From Barthelona sp. PAP020 (taxonomy: Eukaryota): a stretch of DNA of 64,000 nt. Below are positions 10,104-20,900 of the stretch, in pieces. The first letter of the stretch is position 1. The number at the start of each line of letters is the position of its first letter. The notes under the pieces are model-generated. The model was given only the letters and a program-made list of their open reading frames with translations. It did not search any database and was not told the DNA's origin. Both the position numbers and the translations under genes were made by a program. The DNA lies in contig JARQWU010000025.1 of assembly GCA_040182905.1 (NCBI GenBank), forward strand, positions 1 to 64,000. Reading direction: 5' to 3'.

Positions 10104-10650
10104 TTTTTTATAGTTGGTTGGGAACAAAAAATATCAATTATATGATGTTTCTTTTATTTATTTCAATTAAGGTTGTTACATACAACCATTTGGAGACTGT
10201 GATTTAAGATATGAAAAAAGTGTCTGCACAAAAAAAAAATGAAGACTTGATTCATTCATATGGCACTCTTGCACATTCAATTTATAAATCTCTTGAGCAA
10301 AATATGTCAATGTCACTACTGAATCAATAAATCTGTAGAAATGCATTGGAACAATTTTCGACAAAAATATTCGAACAAACAACATTACGATGAACTTTCA
10401 CAATTTTGTAACATTTTCAGAATGTTTAATTCAATATCGAAAGCACAACTATGTGGATGAATTTGAAAATAGAAATCTCAAAAAATTAAATAATCATTGA
10501 CAAAAATATCTACAAACTAGTCTAATCATTCATTCATCTAATTTCAACGACGACCGCTTCAAAATAATGACCAATTTGAGAGAAAAATTTCCAAGTGCTT
10601 CAAAAGAAAGAAAATCTTTTTTCCGATTTTTGAATTCCTTTTTTCAGACA

Positions 10651-12447
10651 ATGGTTGTTAACAATGCAATCAAGGAAATCGACCCTTACATTAAGCATAA
10701 CATGGATCAAGTTGTTGTTCCAGATGCGTTTGATGTAGATGGATTTGAAGATGATGGTCGTCCAAAGAAGATTTATTATGCAGCATGTGATGGTAATCTT
10801 GAGGTTGTCAAGCAATGTATCAAAGCTGGCGTTGATGTGAACAAACAGGGCGAGGAAGGAAGAACATCAGTTTATGGCGCTGCTATGAATGGGCATGTCA
10901 ATGTTGTTGAGTTTTTGTTGGATTTTGGAGCTGATGTTACTTTGTGCTCGAATGATGGTGTTTCTCCATTCCTTATAAGTTGTCAAAATGGTCATGTTGA
11001 TGTGGCCAAAATGCTCTTCGATCATGGCGCTGATGTTAATTTGTGTGACAATGATGGATTTTCTCCATTGCACATTAGTTGTCAAAATGGTCATCTTGAT
11101 GTGGCCAAAATGCTCTTGGATCATGGTGCTGGTGTTAATTTGTGTACAGATGAAGGTGCTTCTCCATTGTTTAATAGTTGTTACGGTGGACATCTTGATG
11201 TTACCAGATTGCTCTTGGATTATGGATTTGATGTTAATTTGTGTGACAAAGATGGATTTTCTCCATTGTATCTCAGCTGTCAAGAAGGTCATGTTGATGT
11301 AGCCAAAATGCTCTTAGATCATGGAGCTGATCTTAGTTTGTGTGATAATTATGGTTGTTCTCCATTTTACGTCAGTTGTCAACAAGGTCACCTTGATGTG
11401 GCCAAAATGCTCTTGGATCATGGTGTTGATGTTAATTTGTGTGATAATGATGGATTTTCTCCATTTTACGTCAGTTGTGAACAATGTCACCTTGATGTGG
11501 CCAAAATGCTCTTGGATTGTGGCGCTGATATAAATTTGTGTGACGATTTTGGGTTTTCTCCATTGTATCTCAGTTGTCAAAAAGGTCATCTTGATGTAGT
11601 CAAAATGCTGGTGGATCATGGGGCTGATGTTTATTTGTGTGACAATTATGGGTTTTCTCCATTCTTTGTCAGTTGTCAAGAAGGTCATCTTGATGTGGCC
11701 AAAATGTTCTTGGATTATGGAGTTGATGTTAATTTGTGCGACAATGATGGATTTTCTCCATTGCACATTAGTTGTCAAAATGGTCATCTTGATGTGGCCA
11801 AAATGCTCTTGGATCATGGTGCTAATGTTAATTTGTGTGACAATGATGGATTTTCTCCATTGTATCTCAGCTGTCAACAAGGTCATCTTGATGTAGCCAA
11901 AATGCTCTTGGATCATGGCGTTGATATTAATTTATGTACAAATGATGGTGTTTCTGCATTCTATGTCACTTGTCAAGAAGGTCATCTTAATGTAGCTAAA
12001 ATGCTTCTAAATTGTCCCAAAATGAACATAAATGGTGAAGAGATGCTAATATTTTTCAATAGATTGTATACTTGTGATGAAGAATGGCAAAGAAACGATG
12101 AATGCCGCATTTTGAGCTTTGCCAACTTGAAGCAACAATTGGAGGGAAATGAAGCTGTTGATTTGAGATTTGAGCACTTTTCTAAAGCTGAGTTAATTGA
12201 TTTGGTAAAAAATGAAGGCTATCTGTTATCGACACTTGTTGCAATGAAGGTAAACAGTGTCATTATTCGAGATTTTGTGAGTGCTGGGGTCTACATGAAT
12301 CAAAGAGATTTTGACATGACAACAAATTTTTGTTGGGATTTGGTCGACATCAATGAAAGAAACGGTGGCAATATGCGTCAGTATATTGATGAAGAAATGG
12401 AAGATGTTGACAGTGAGGAGAGTGATGAAAGTGATGCTGATTATTAA
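10651..12447 (+). CDS. Ankyrin-repeat protein (about 13 repeats) with an unrecognised C-terminal CWDLVDINE module
   Basis: 11 near-identical 33-aa ankyrin units plus 2 divergent N-terminal units; C-terminal module shared with the WD40 gene at 28887; start at 10651 (after a T-tract) or 10567. Confidence 0.92.
   Translation: MVVNNAIKEIDPYIKHNMDQVVVPDAFDVDGFEDDGRPKKIYYAACDGNLEVVKQCIKAGVDVNKQGEEGRTSVYGAAMNGHVNVVEFLLDFGADVTLCSNDGVSPFLISCQNGHVDVAKMLFDHGADVNLCDNDGFSPLHISCQNGHLDVAKMLLDHGAGVNLCTDEGASPLFNSCYGGHLDVTRLLLDYGFDVNLCDKDGFSPLYLSCQEGHVDVAKMLLDHGADLSLCDNYGCSPFYVSCQQGHLDVAKMLLDHGVDVNLCDNDGFSPFYVSCEQCHLDVAKMLLDCGADINLCDDFGFSPLYLSCQKGHLDVVKMLVDHGADVYLCDNYGFSPFFVSCQEGHLDVAKMFLDYGVDVNLCDNDGFSPLHISCQNGHLDVAKMLLDHGANVNLCDNDGFSPLYLSCQQGHLDVAKMLLDHGVDINLCTNDGVSAFYVTCQEGHLNVAKMLLNCPKMNINGEEMLIFFNRLYTCDEEWQRNDECRILSFANLKQQLEGNEAVDLRFEHFSKAELIDLVKNEGYLLSTLVAMKVNSVIIRDFVSAGVYMNQRDFDMTTNFCWDLVDINERNGGNMRQYIDEEMEDVDSEESDESDADY
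10930..12018 (+). repeat. Tandem array of 11 x 99-bp ankyrin-coding repeats
   Basis: Period exactly 99 nt; 11032-11130 and 11725-11823 differ at one base. Confidence 0.95.
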
Positions 12448-12773
12448 TAAGGGCTGTTTATGTGGACATGTTTGTCCAATATGCTTTCTTTTCGATCTTT
12501 TTCTTGTATAAATTATAGTTTGTTTGTTATTTGATATAGCTTGATAAAAGTCAAGTTTTTTGTTTGAAATTCAAAAATTCATTTTCTGACCTTTCATTTG
12601 TTTTTGAAAATTGTTCAAAGGTTCTCATTTTCAAAAAATTCACATTGCTTGTCCTCATATTTAACCAAAAAACAATAAATCTCGATACATTTTACAAAAT
12701 ACATAAATTAAAATTGATAATTTTTGAAAGGTTTAAAATATTTGAAAATTTGAATAAGATTGAAAAATTTGCC

Positions 12774-14492
12774 TTAATATCTCACTTTTGATCTTCTAAT
12801 TTTTGTCGGATTGACCCTTTTTTTTGGTTTATATGTCACGGGTTTCCTTGGAATGGTAATTCGTGCAGCCTTTGCAAAAGAAGAAGGAAGGTCATAAAAC
12901 TTGTTTGCACCTTCTGGCATTTTAATGCTGGTAGTAAATCTGCTTTCTTTTGCTTGAGAAATACAACCGCCAACAACACGATGAGAACTTTTATTTGTTG
13001 GCACAGCTTTCATCAAATCGATTTCACTATGATAATCCAATGGTCCGGGATGATCCAACTTGTTAATTACTTCTCGATGAGTACTGATGAAACGAGTCGG
13101 GGTGATAGGGTCTTCAATGTTATTTTCAATGCGTTCTCTATGTGTTTTTGCACGTGCTTTAGCAAATTCCCTTTTTAATTTGAGGGTAGGTATTAAATCA
13201 ATAGCTTTTGGACGTTCAACATGTTCAACGGGTTCCAAAAGATGCTTATTTTCTTCAGTCATAACAACCAAATCACCACTTGAGATCATTCTTCTAAAAC
13301 GAGGAACTCCTGGTTTCTTATCTAATCTAGGTGACTCTGGAACTAAACTTTTAAAGACACGAAGTTTGTATTTCTTTGCTTTTTTATTTTCGATATTTTC
13401 TTCTTTTATGGATGCTTGAGACGTAGTTTCATCCATTGGAACTTCATTTGATGAATCAACATCATTATTGACAACCTTCACAACTTCAGCTTTGGACTCA
13501 TTTTCAATCTCAACATTTGATGTGTTTTCGTTCAATTGTTCATCTTTTAAGGAATTTAAATCCATTGATAAATTATTAGTTTCAACAATATGACTGTCAT
13601 TAGCAGTTTCTATCGATTCATTATCTTTGAGTTCAACGAAATTGTCTTCTATTTTATTTTGATCATTGGTATTGTCAGGATGTTCATCATCAGCATTAAT
13701 ATCACTCGATAAATCACCGACTGAGTCATTTGAAGAGGTTTCACGTGTTTCTTGAGGTGTTTCAGTTTCAACCAACACTTCATTGTTTATCTCAATTTCA
13801 GGAGCATTCACAGTGTTGTCTTGATTATCAGATGAGTTGCGTTCCGTGCTTGATTCAAATGTTTCAGCTTTGGTAGTGATGTTCAAATCTTTGGAAATTT
13901 CAGTTTCAATGATATTATTGGTGTTGATTTCCTTTGCAACTTCATCATCAATTTCCTTTTTTTGATCAACTTCAATCAAATCATCCAACCCTTTAGAATC
14001 AGTCTCATTTTTCTCAATGTCATTTTCAAAAGTTTCATTCGTTTCATCATCAACTTCGTCGCTTCTTTGAATATCTGAGATATTATCCTTTTTCGTATTA
14101 TCCACGGTAACATCAAGATTCTCATCCCCTTTGGCTTCATCAATTTTCTCTTTTTCATTCATATCATCAGTTATGGTTTCTTCTTTTTCAAATGAATCAA
14201 TGGAAGGAGAAACTTTACTTATATCATCAATATTGTCATTTACATCAATTGATGAAGAATCATTGACAGTTTCTGAAGTTTGGTTAACTTTTGGTCTAAT
14301 TAATCCAGAATTTTCTTCAGGGGGAGGTAGAGGTTGATCATTACTGGTTTCTTTGACTTCAACATCATTCGAATTATTATTTGAAGTTTCCAATTCCGAA
14401 TTAATTTCATTACTCAATGAAACTGATTGATCAATTTGATCGGAAACAGTGTTCTCTATTGTTTCTGATGAATCAATCTCTGGATTTGACAT
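12774..14492 (-). CDS. Acidic low-complexity protein with a basic C-terminal region carrying a PGP (SHIPPO/ODF3-like) motif
   Basis: About 370 aa rich in D/E/N/S, then a basic region with HPGPLDY, KESRF, KFYDLPSSF; first ATG at 14492. Confidence 0.6.
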   Translation of the reverse strand: MSNPEIDSSETIENTVSDQIDQSVSLSNEINSELETSNNNSNDVEVKETSNDQPLPPPEENSGLIRPKVNQTSETVNDSSSIDVNDNIDDISKVSPSIDSFEKEETITDDMNEKEKIDEAKGDENLDVTVDNTKKDNISDIQRSDEVDDETNETFENDIEKNETDSKGLDDLIEVDQKKEIDDEVAKEINTNNIIETEISKDLNITTKAETFESSTERNSSDNQDNTVNAPEIEINNEVLVETETPQETRETSSNDSVGDLSSDINADDEHPDNTNDQNKIEDNFVELKDNESIETANDSHIVETNNLSMDLNSLKDEQLNENTSNVEIENESKAEVVKVVNNDVDSSNEVPMDETTSQASIKEENIENKKAKKYKLRVFKSLVPESPRLDKKPGVPRFRRMISSGDLVVMTEENKHLLEPVEHVERPKAIDLIPTLKLKREFAKARAKTHRERIENNIEDPITPTRFISTHREVINKLDHPGPLDYHSEIDLMKAVPTNKSSHRVVGGCISQAKESRFTTSIKMPEGANKFYDLPSSFAKAARITIPRKPVTYKPKKRVNPTKIRRSKVRY

Positions 14493-15021
14493 AAAAGTAA
14501 TTTGAAATTGTTCTTTTTTTTCCAAATCATTTTTTTTCTGTCAAATAGTTCAATTTAGATACCATATAAAGAAATTTATTGCAATAAATTTATCATCATA
14601 TTAAAATTTTAAATCAATTAGTATTACATCTCACATTTATTTATTTTTCTCTTTTCTTTCTAAATGTTTCAACAATTCTTTTGAATTTTTAAATTTCAAT
14701 TTAATATCAAAAATATGTGGATTAATTAGTTTGAAATTAAAGTTGTTTGGATTGTTTAAGAATAAAATTACTTAGTACCTAATTAAAATTTATTTGTCAC
14801 TATAAATCTATTGCAAAACAAATATCAAATATTTAAAATAAAAAATACCCACATGTTTTTAAGGCGAAAAAAGTTTTGACTTTCAATTTGTGAATGTAAC
14901 TTTTGGTTTCATAATGAAGGTTTTAAAATAAAGAAGAGAAAATAAATAAAAAGCTTTGAAATGTGTGGTAAAAATGACTTGAAAACTTGAAGAGAGAATT
15001 ATTCATGATTTTATTTTTATT

Positions 15022-16542
15022 ATGATATTATCTGATACCAACACCATTGAAGTTGCTTCTGGACATTTGTATAATACTCCAAAAGATAGGATATTAGACA
15101 GAATTTCTGAGTTATCATTTGGAGGATTTTTTTCGAATGAAGGCAAAGTTCTGAGACCTTTATCATGGATGTTGAGTCTTTTTGTGATTGAAGATCATGA
15201 TTCAAACACTTGGGAAATCAAAATACATGAAAATAGAAAAAAATATCAAGAAATTAAGAAAAACATTTTAGTTAACCCAAATCAACAACATATTGAAATT
15301 GATCCTTTAGCTATGGATGATAATAACAATAAATGGAATGATTTCTTTGTGAATCAGAGAATTGAAAATGAAATCAAAAGAGATCTCGATAGACACAAAT
15401 CCAGTGAACCTTTTTATCAACAAGGTGATTTTAGAGAGGCTATTGACAATATTTTATTAATTTTTACTCGTGAACATCCAGATATTGGTTATCATCAAGG
15501 GATGGGTGATATTGTTGATCCAATAATGTTGTCTTGTTATTTAAGTCATATTATTGCATGTTCTACCAAGCAAGGAGAACATCCAGTTTGGAAGAGTTTG
15601 GCATTAACCTTATCTGATGCTGAAGCAGATGCATATGTTATTTTTTGTCGTTTAGTATCTAATTACTTGCGTTCATATTTCCTAGACCAAGAAGAAGTTC
15701 ATTATGATGTTGTTGAAGGACATATGGCTATATTAGGTGCTGAAAATGATATTTTGTGTTCAAAATTGGAATTACAAAGACGTCAGCGTGATATGGAAGC
15801 AGAGAACCGAAGTTTATTACTGAAAACTGCTAGAGAAATATTCGACAATGTTCGTTTGAAAGACCAAACATTGTACAACCATTTTATTGAAATAGACCTT
15901 ATTCCTGCGGCATTTTTGGTTGAATGGTTAAGGTGTCTATTTACTCGACAATTTGATGATGAACAGACTTTATTGCTATGGGACTGTCTATTGAGTTGGA
16001 GTGGTTTTCCAATGGATTTCGCTAAAGTTTGTGCTACTACCATGATTCTTGTATTGAAGTCAAAATTAATTAAGATGGACTTGTTGGAATGTTTGCAAAC
16101 ATTGAAGAGTTATCCACCTGTCATTAACATTCGTAAATTATTGATTCAAGTAAAGGCTTTAGGTGAACCAAAAAAATATTCTAATATTCCCTTGTCTCAA
16201 ATTCTCTCTGACAGAGGAATTTTTGAGGATTCCGCTGAAACTCAAGATTTTGTTGTCACACAAACCGCTAGCATTTTTCAAAATGTTTTTAATGGTGCCA
16301 TAAATGCTGAAAATCACAATTACCCAATTAAAAAACAACAATCTCACGCTTTATCTTCGGCTAAAACATCAAAAATGGCAAAAGCTGTTATTGAAGTCAC
16401 ACATCAACAAAATACTAACATTAATCTTTTGAAAGACATTATTGAATCTTTGGAAACAATGTCTGGAACAGAATTTGAACAAGCCAGACCTCAAATCTGC
16501 AGAAATTTACGTAATTATCTTTCGAATATTCAACAAAATTAA
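15022..16542 (+). CDS. TBC-domain Rab GTPase-activating protein, TBC1D5-like
   Basis: EIKRDLDRH (R finger), YHQGMGDI (Q finger), EWLRCLFTRQF, LLLWD; IDPL…WNDFF segment typical of TBC1D5. Confidence 0.88.
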   Translation: MILSDTNTIEVASGHLYNTPKDRILDRISELSFGGFFSNEGKVLRPLSWMLSLFVIEDHDSNTWEIKIHENRKKYQEIKKNILVNPNQQHIEIDPLAMDDNNNKWNDFFVNQRIENEIKRDLDRHKSSEPFYQQGDFREAIDNILLIFTREHPDIGYHQGMGDIVDPIMLSCYLSHIIACSTKQGEHPVWKSLALTLSDAEADAYVIFCRLVSNYLRSYFLDQEEVHYDVVEGHMAILGAENDILCSKLELQRRQRDMEAENRSLLLKTAREIFDNVRLKDQTLYNHFIEIDLIPAAFLVEWLRCLFTRQFDDEQTLLLWDCLLSWSGFPMDFAKVCATTMILVLKSKLIKMDLLECLQTLKSYPPVINIRKLLIQVKALGEPKKYSNIPLSQILSDRGIFEDSAETQDFVVTQTASIFQNVFNGAINAENHNYPIKKQQSHALSSAKTSKMAKAVIEVTHQQNTNINLLKDIIESLETMSGTEFEQARPQICRNLRNYLSNIQQN

Positions 16543-16682
16543 CACAACAAAAACAAATCACAATTTTTATATAAATAGGTCGTAATCTTATTTCTTTTTT
16601 CTCCAAAAATCAACTAAAAAGAAAATGGTTTTAACCTTTATTTACCGATGTCCAGTCAATGGAACTCTGGTGAGTATAAGAA

Positions 16683-17036
16683 TTATTCTTCTTGTAATAA
16701 AACATTCATACGAACAGAAGGCTCAAAATCAACTTTTTGAAGAGATCTGATCAATGACATAGGAGCACTCATATCAATGACATGCTTGTGAATTCTAAGT
16801 TGGAATTTGTCCCAAGTAGTAGAACCTTCACCACAAGGAGTTTTCATGGTAGTAATGGAAAGATTCTTGATGGGCATACGAATAGGTCCACGAAGCATAC
16901 CAACACGACGTTCCTTGGCGTTCTTAATCAAATGAGATTCAACGCGATTAAGAGCATCAACATCACGAGAAGCAAGGACAAAACGAACCTTGTTCATTTT
17001 CTCTTCTGTAGAACCAGTCTTTTTGTTGTCAGACAT
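16683..17036 (-). CDS. RPS20: 40S ribosomal protein S20 (uS10)
   Basis: RGPIRMPIKNLSITTMKTPCGEGSTTWDKFQLRIHKHVID; ATG 17036 gives the normal ~117 aa. Confidence 0.95.
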   Translation of the reverse strand: MSDNKKTGSTEEKMNKVRFVLASRDVDALNRVESHLIKNAKERRVGMLRGPIRMPIKNLSITTMKTPCGEGSTTWDKFQLRIHKHVIDMSAPMSLIRSLQKVDFEPSVRMNVLLQEE

Positions 17037-17043
17037 TGTAAAT

Positions 17044-17079
17044 CTATTGTTAGTAAAGATAAAATGGAAATATTGATAC
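17044..17079 (-). other. Candidate 36-nt spliceosomal intron in the RPS20 5' UTR
   Basis: Minus strand reads GTATCAATATTTCCATTTTATCTTTACTAACAATAG: GT…TACTAAC-AATAG, ending 7 nt before the ATG. Confidence 0.7.
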
Positions 17080-17369
17080 TTTTTAAGGTCAAAAAAAGCG
17101 AAGGAAGTCAAAAAAAAAAAATTTTCCCAAAAATTTAACATTTGTTTTTTCTCTTTTTTCATCCAATTCCTCAATATCATTCGAAAACAAGGTGATTGTA
17201 TTTTCTTTATATATTTCATCAACATAACTTCTTTACTTTTTTAAGTTTTTGTTTCTTTTTCACAAAAAATCTATTGAATAAATTAAGTATCAATGTTTTG
17301 GCACGAAATAAGGAGAGAAAAAATGATTTGAAAACTTTTTCCTTCGACATCATTTTTTGTTTATAACAT

Positions 17370-17837
17370 ATGAGATTAAGATTACACAACATCATAACTT
17401 GCAGAACACCTGAATGTTCTGGAGATATTAATGCACCATGCTTTGAATTTTCATCGATTGATAAGGTGAATACTGAAGATTTAGAATTTAACCCTAACCA
17501 AATGGCTACCATATGGAAAAGAATAAATTTTGAAGAATTACAGAAAGTTTGTGAACAACTTGATGTTGAATGTCCTGCAGATGTTCCTGATGATTTGGAA
17601 GATATTGAAGATGAATCTGTGGCTGAATTTTGGATGAATTTACATCATATTTTAAATGAAATAGATATAGTTGAAGGAGAAATGCAATGTCCAACGTGTG
17701 GTAGAAAATATCAAATACATGAGTCGATTGTTTGTTTTGAACCTTTACCAAAAGAAGAGAATATAGAAGAAGAAAATCAAGAAGAATCTCAAGCACAGTT
17801 TACAGAGGAAATGACCACAACCATTATAGAAGAATAA
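17370..17837 (+). CDS. TRM112: Trm112-like methyltransferase activator subunit
   Basis: MRLRLHNIITC…EFNP…LHHILNEIDIVEGEMQCPTCGRKYQI. Confidence 0.88.
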   Translation: MRLRLHNIITCRTPECSGDINAPCFEFSSIDKVNTEDLEFNPNQMATIWKRINFEELQKVCEQLDVECPADVPDDLEDIEDESVAEFWMNLHHILNEIDIVEGEMQCPTCGRKYQIHESIVCFEPLPKEENIEEENQEESQAQFTEEMTTTIIEE

Positions 17838-17917
17838 ATAAATACCATTTATGAATTTTTTTTTTTTATCTGATAATTTTCTTTTCGATAATAATTTCAT
17901 TAATGAATGCTGTATGA

Positions 17918-20900
17918 ATGACACAAATAATAATAGAGAAGATAATTAAAAAATTATTGACAAGATTTGTTGAAAGTGATTTTAATTTTGCCATTTCTTT
18001 ATCAAATGGTGAAATTCAATTACAAAATGTACAAATTCGAATAGATTTTATTGAATCTTTATTAAATGTTAATTTTTTGAAACTGCATTTGATTAAATGT
18101 AAGACTTTAACATTATCTTTCAATTATTCGACCTTATTTAATGAAGGTTTTGAAATGATTTTGGGCGGTGTTGAAGTTGATGGAGAATTTTTGAATAAAA
18201 CTCATCCAAAAATTTACATTGCTAATTTTAACAACAAAAATAAAGAACAAAATGAAAATATAAGGGAAGGAAAGAAAATAAATGGGGAAAAAAATGATGG
18301 TTGGATGGAAAATTTGTTGAATAAAATAATATTTTCCTCCAAAGTTCTTATTAGAGATGTAACCCTTAAAATTGATGATTTAAAGGTTATGAATAAATCC
18401 TTTGATATTAATTTTGAGACGATAAACGGACTTCCCAAAATCCATGGAAAAATCACAGAATTGGTTTTGATGGACAAAGAAATGACGATTTTTGAGATTG
18501 ATGAGTTGTTTTTGGATGACTTTATCAATATCTATACTCCCAAAATTAAATTTTCTGCGTCTATCAATTTGATATCAAAATATGTTTGGTTGAAGGACAT
18601 TGAAATTGCAATAATAACAAGCGAAACATTTGAAACGTTTCAAACAGAGATAATAAATGATTTTGTTCTTTTAGAAGAATATGAAGATCTTTCCATTATC
18701 AATGGCATTAATCATCCTATTAAGGAAGATGATTTGTGTATTGAAATAAATATTGATGAAGTTGAACTTGTTTATGATTTGCTGAGTTTGAAAATTTTGG
18801 GTATAAGCATAAAGGATTCTTTTAACTACATTTTAGTCAATGAAATGCAAATATTGTTGAATGAATGTGTTTTGGTGCATATTCCATCAGCCAGTATAAT
18901 TTCATGTGTTGCTGATGGTAAAAAATTGTTGATGGATTGTATCTCGATAAGTTGTCAGATGGAACATATAAGCACAATTATGAGTCTTTTCAACAGTTTG
19001 AAGTCTTATTTTTTAAAGAATGAAAATTTGGATGGTTCAAAAGATTATATAAATGCTGATATTGAGATGAAAAGTCATAATAATTATGAGATAGCAATAA
19101 ATAAAATTGAGGGAAATCTTACATTATCAAGGTTTGGACCTCTTTCAATAACTGTCAATGATATCATAAATACCAACGATACGTTGACCATTTCCAGTAT
19201 TTTTGTGGGTGTTGCTAAAAAAGAAATGAATGCGTTGTCACTTTTACGTTTGAGCAGTATAAAATTGGAGATAGATACTAATTCTCTTGTTTTAGGCAAA
19301 GTACGTTTTGAAACATCAGCATTAACTTTGAGATATTTCCTTTCTAGCACAATTCAACTGCTTAATAAAGATTTCCCCAAATTTTTTCCACCTAACAACA
19401 CAAACTCAACTGTTACAAAGAAAAATCAAAGCAATGAAGATGTTTCTACTAGATTTAGGATAACGTTTGAAACGCCAATTTACATTAAAACGACTTTTGA
19501 TAAAATTGATGTGTTTGCAGAAATCACTTTTTCCCCCATTGATCTTTTTGAAAATTCAACATCTCTTTGTTTGTTAAATGTACAGAAATTAAGTATTTAT
19601 TGTTCTTCTGAAGACAAAATTCCAATTTCAGTTCTTGTAAATTCTCAAACCTCTGAATATGTCTGTTCAATTTCTATTGATAATGATTTAGCAATCAATA
19701 TTACCTTAAATGGATTGATTTTCACATTACCCTTTCGTTACTTTGTACAATTCAATGCCATCAACTTCGATTTACCCACAATTACTCCTATGTATGATTC
19801 TCCACCATTGGCCATTGATTTAACGATGAATTCTACTTTAATTTATTTATATGATGATTTAACCTTTGACTTGATTGATGAATCATCCAAAGATCAGATA
19901 AATTCTCCTTCGGTGGCCTTCATTATTGACCATCTGTCATTTATAGATTCAAGTGATGCTTGGGGAAAAGTTCGACTTTTTTTGGGAGTTGCAAAAGATG
20001 TGGAAAATTTCCCTGTTTCAACAATAGATTTGCTTTCTGTATTGTCAACTCATGGATTGAAGCAAATTTTTGACATTGATTTAAGTTTAAAAATAAAACC
20101 AAAGGAATTAATTATAAAAACTACTTTTGGAATTTATTTATCGCCAAAAAACATTTCCCATATCATTGAAATATTTGAAAAGTTTGAAAAGTTTGACGAT
20201 ATAAACAATAATGATGTTGATGAATTTTTTGAATCAAATATTGAATATACAAATAAAGATGAAAGGAAAGAGAAGATTAATGACGTATTCAATCGAAGTA
20301 TTCCCATGGTTGAGGAAGAAATTTTATTGAATGCCACTTCAAACAGATTGAATATTGTTGAAGAGTATTTTTCGAAAATGGAAGAATCTGAATCATTTTC
20401 GCGGCGAATGGGATTAAATTCGACACCTTTACAGGGAGAATTATTATCAAACAATATTAATGGTGATAACGCATGGAATATCAGCATAGTTGTACCCTTA
20501 GCAGATATTCAACTACATACTGATGACCATGAATTAAAAAAAATGAATTTAAAGAAGCTGAATAATTCCATTTCGTTAAAGTTAATTAATCTTGATATTG
20601 GAACAAGTATCACTTCAGACCAAATTATTTTCTGTTCAACACTTCAAGATTTGATTATTCGTGATAACTTTATTAACAGCCCTTTTAGATATTTATTTAT
20701 TCGTAAAAATAATGACATCAGATGTCCAATTATGTATTTAAATATGAAAAGTACAACCGAAGAATTTTCCTGTTTTTTTTCGCTCAGGCCCATTGAAATC
20801 GGATTCAGTTCGGTTAGTTTTGTTCATCTCTTTTCTTTTCTTTTGCCATTTTTAGCCTTAGAAAACAAAGATTTGGATGCTAAAAAGTATAAAAATGAGA

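Noticed and set aside
10867..11916. Long antisense and alternative-frame ORFs with repeating peptides over the ankyrin array
   Set aside because: Shadows of the 99-bp coding repeat; no independent coding signal.
10930..12018. Regular repeat array considered as a CRISPR or DGR-like cassette
   Set aside because: No unique spacers, units are in-frame ankyrin codons, and no cas or reverse transcriptase gene is in the window.
16644..16672. Imperfect hairpin in the RPS20 3' UTR
   Set aside because: Short, with several bulges; not distinguishable from chance.
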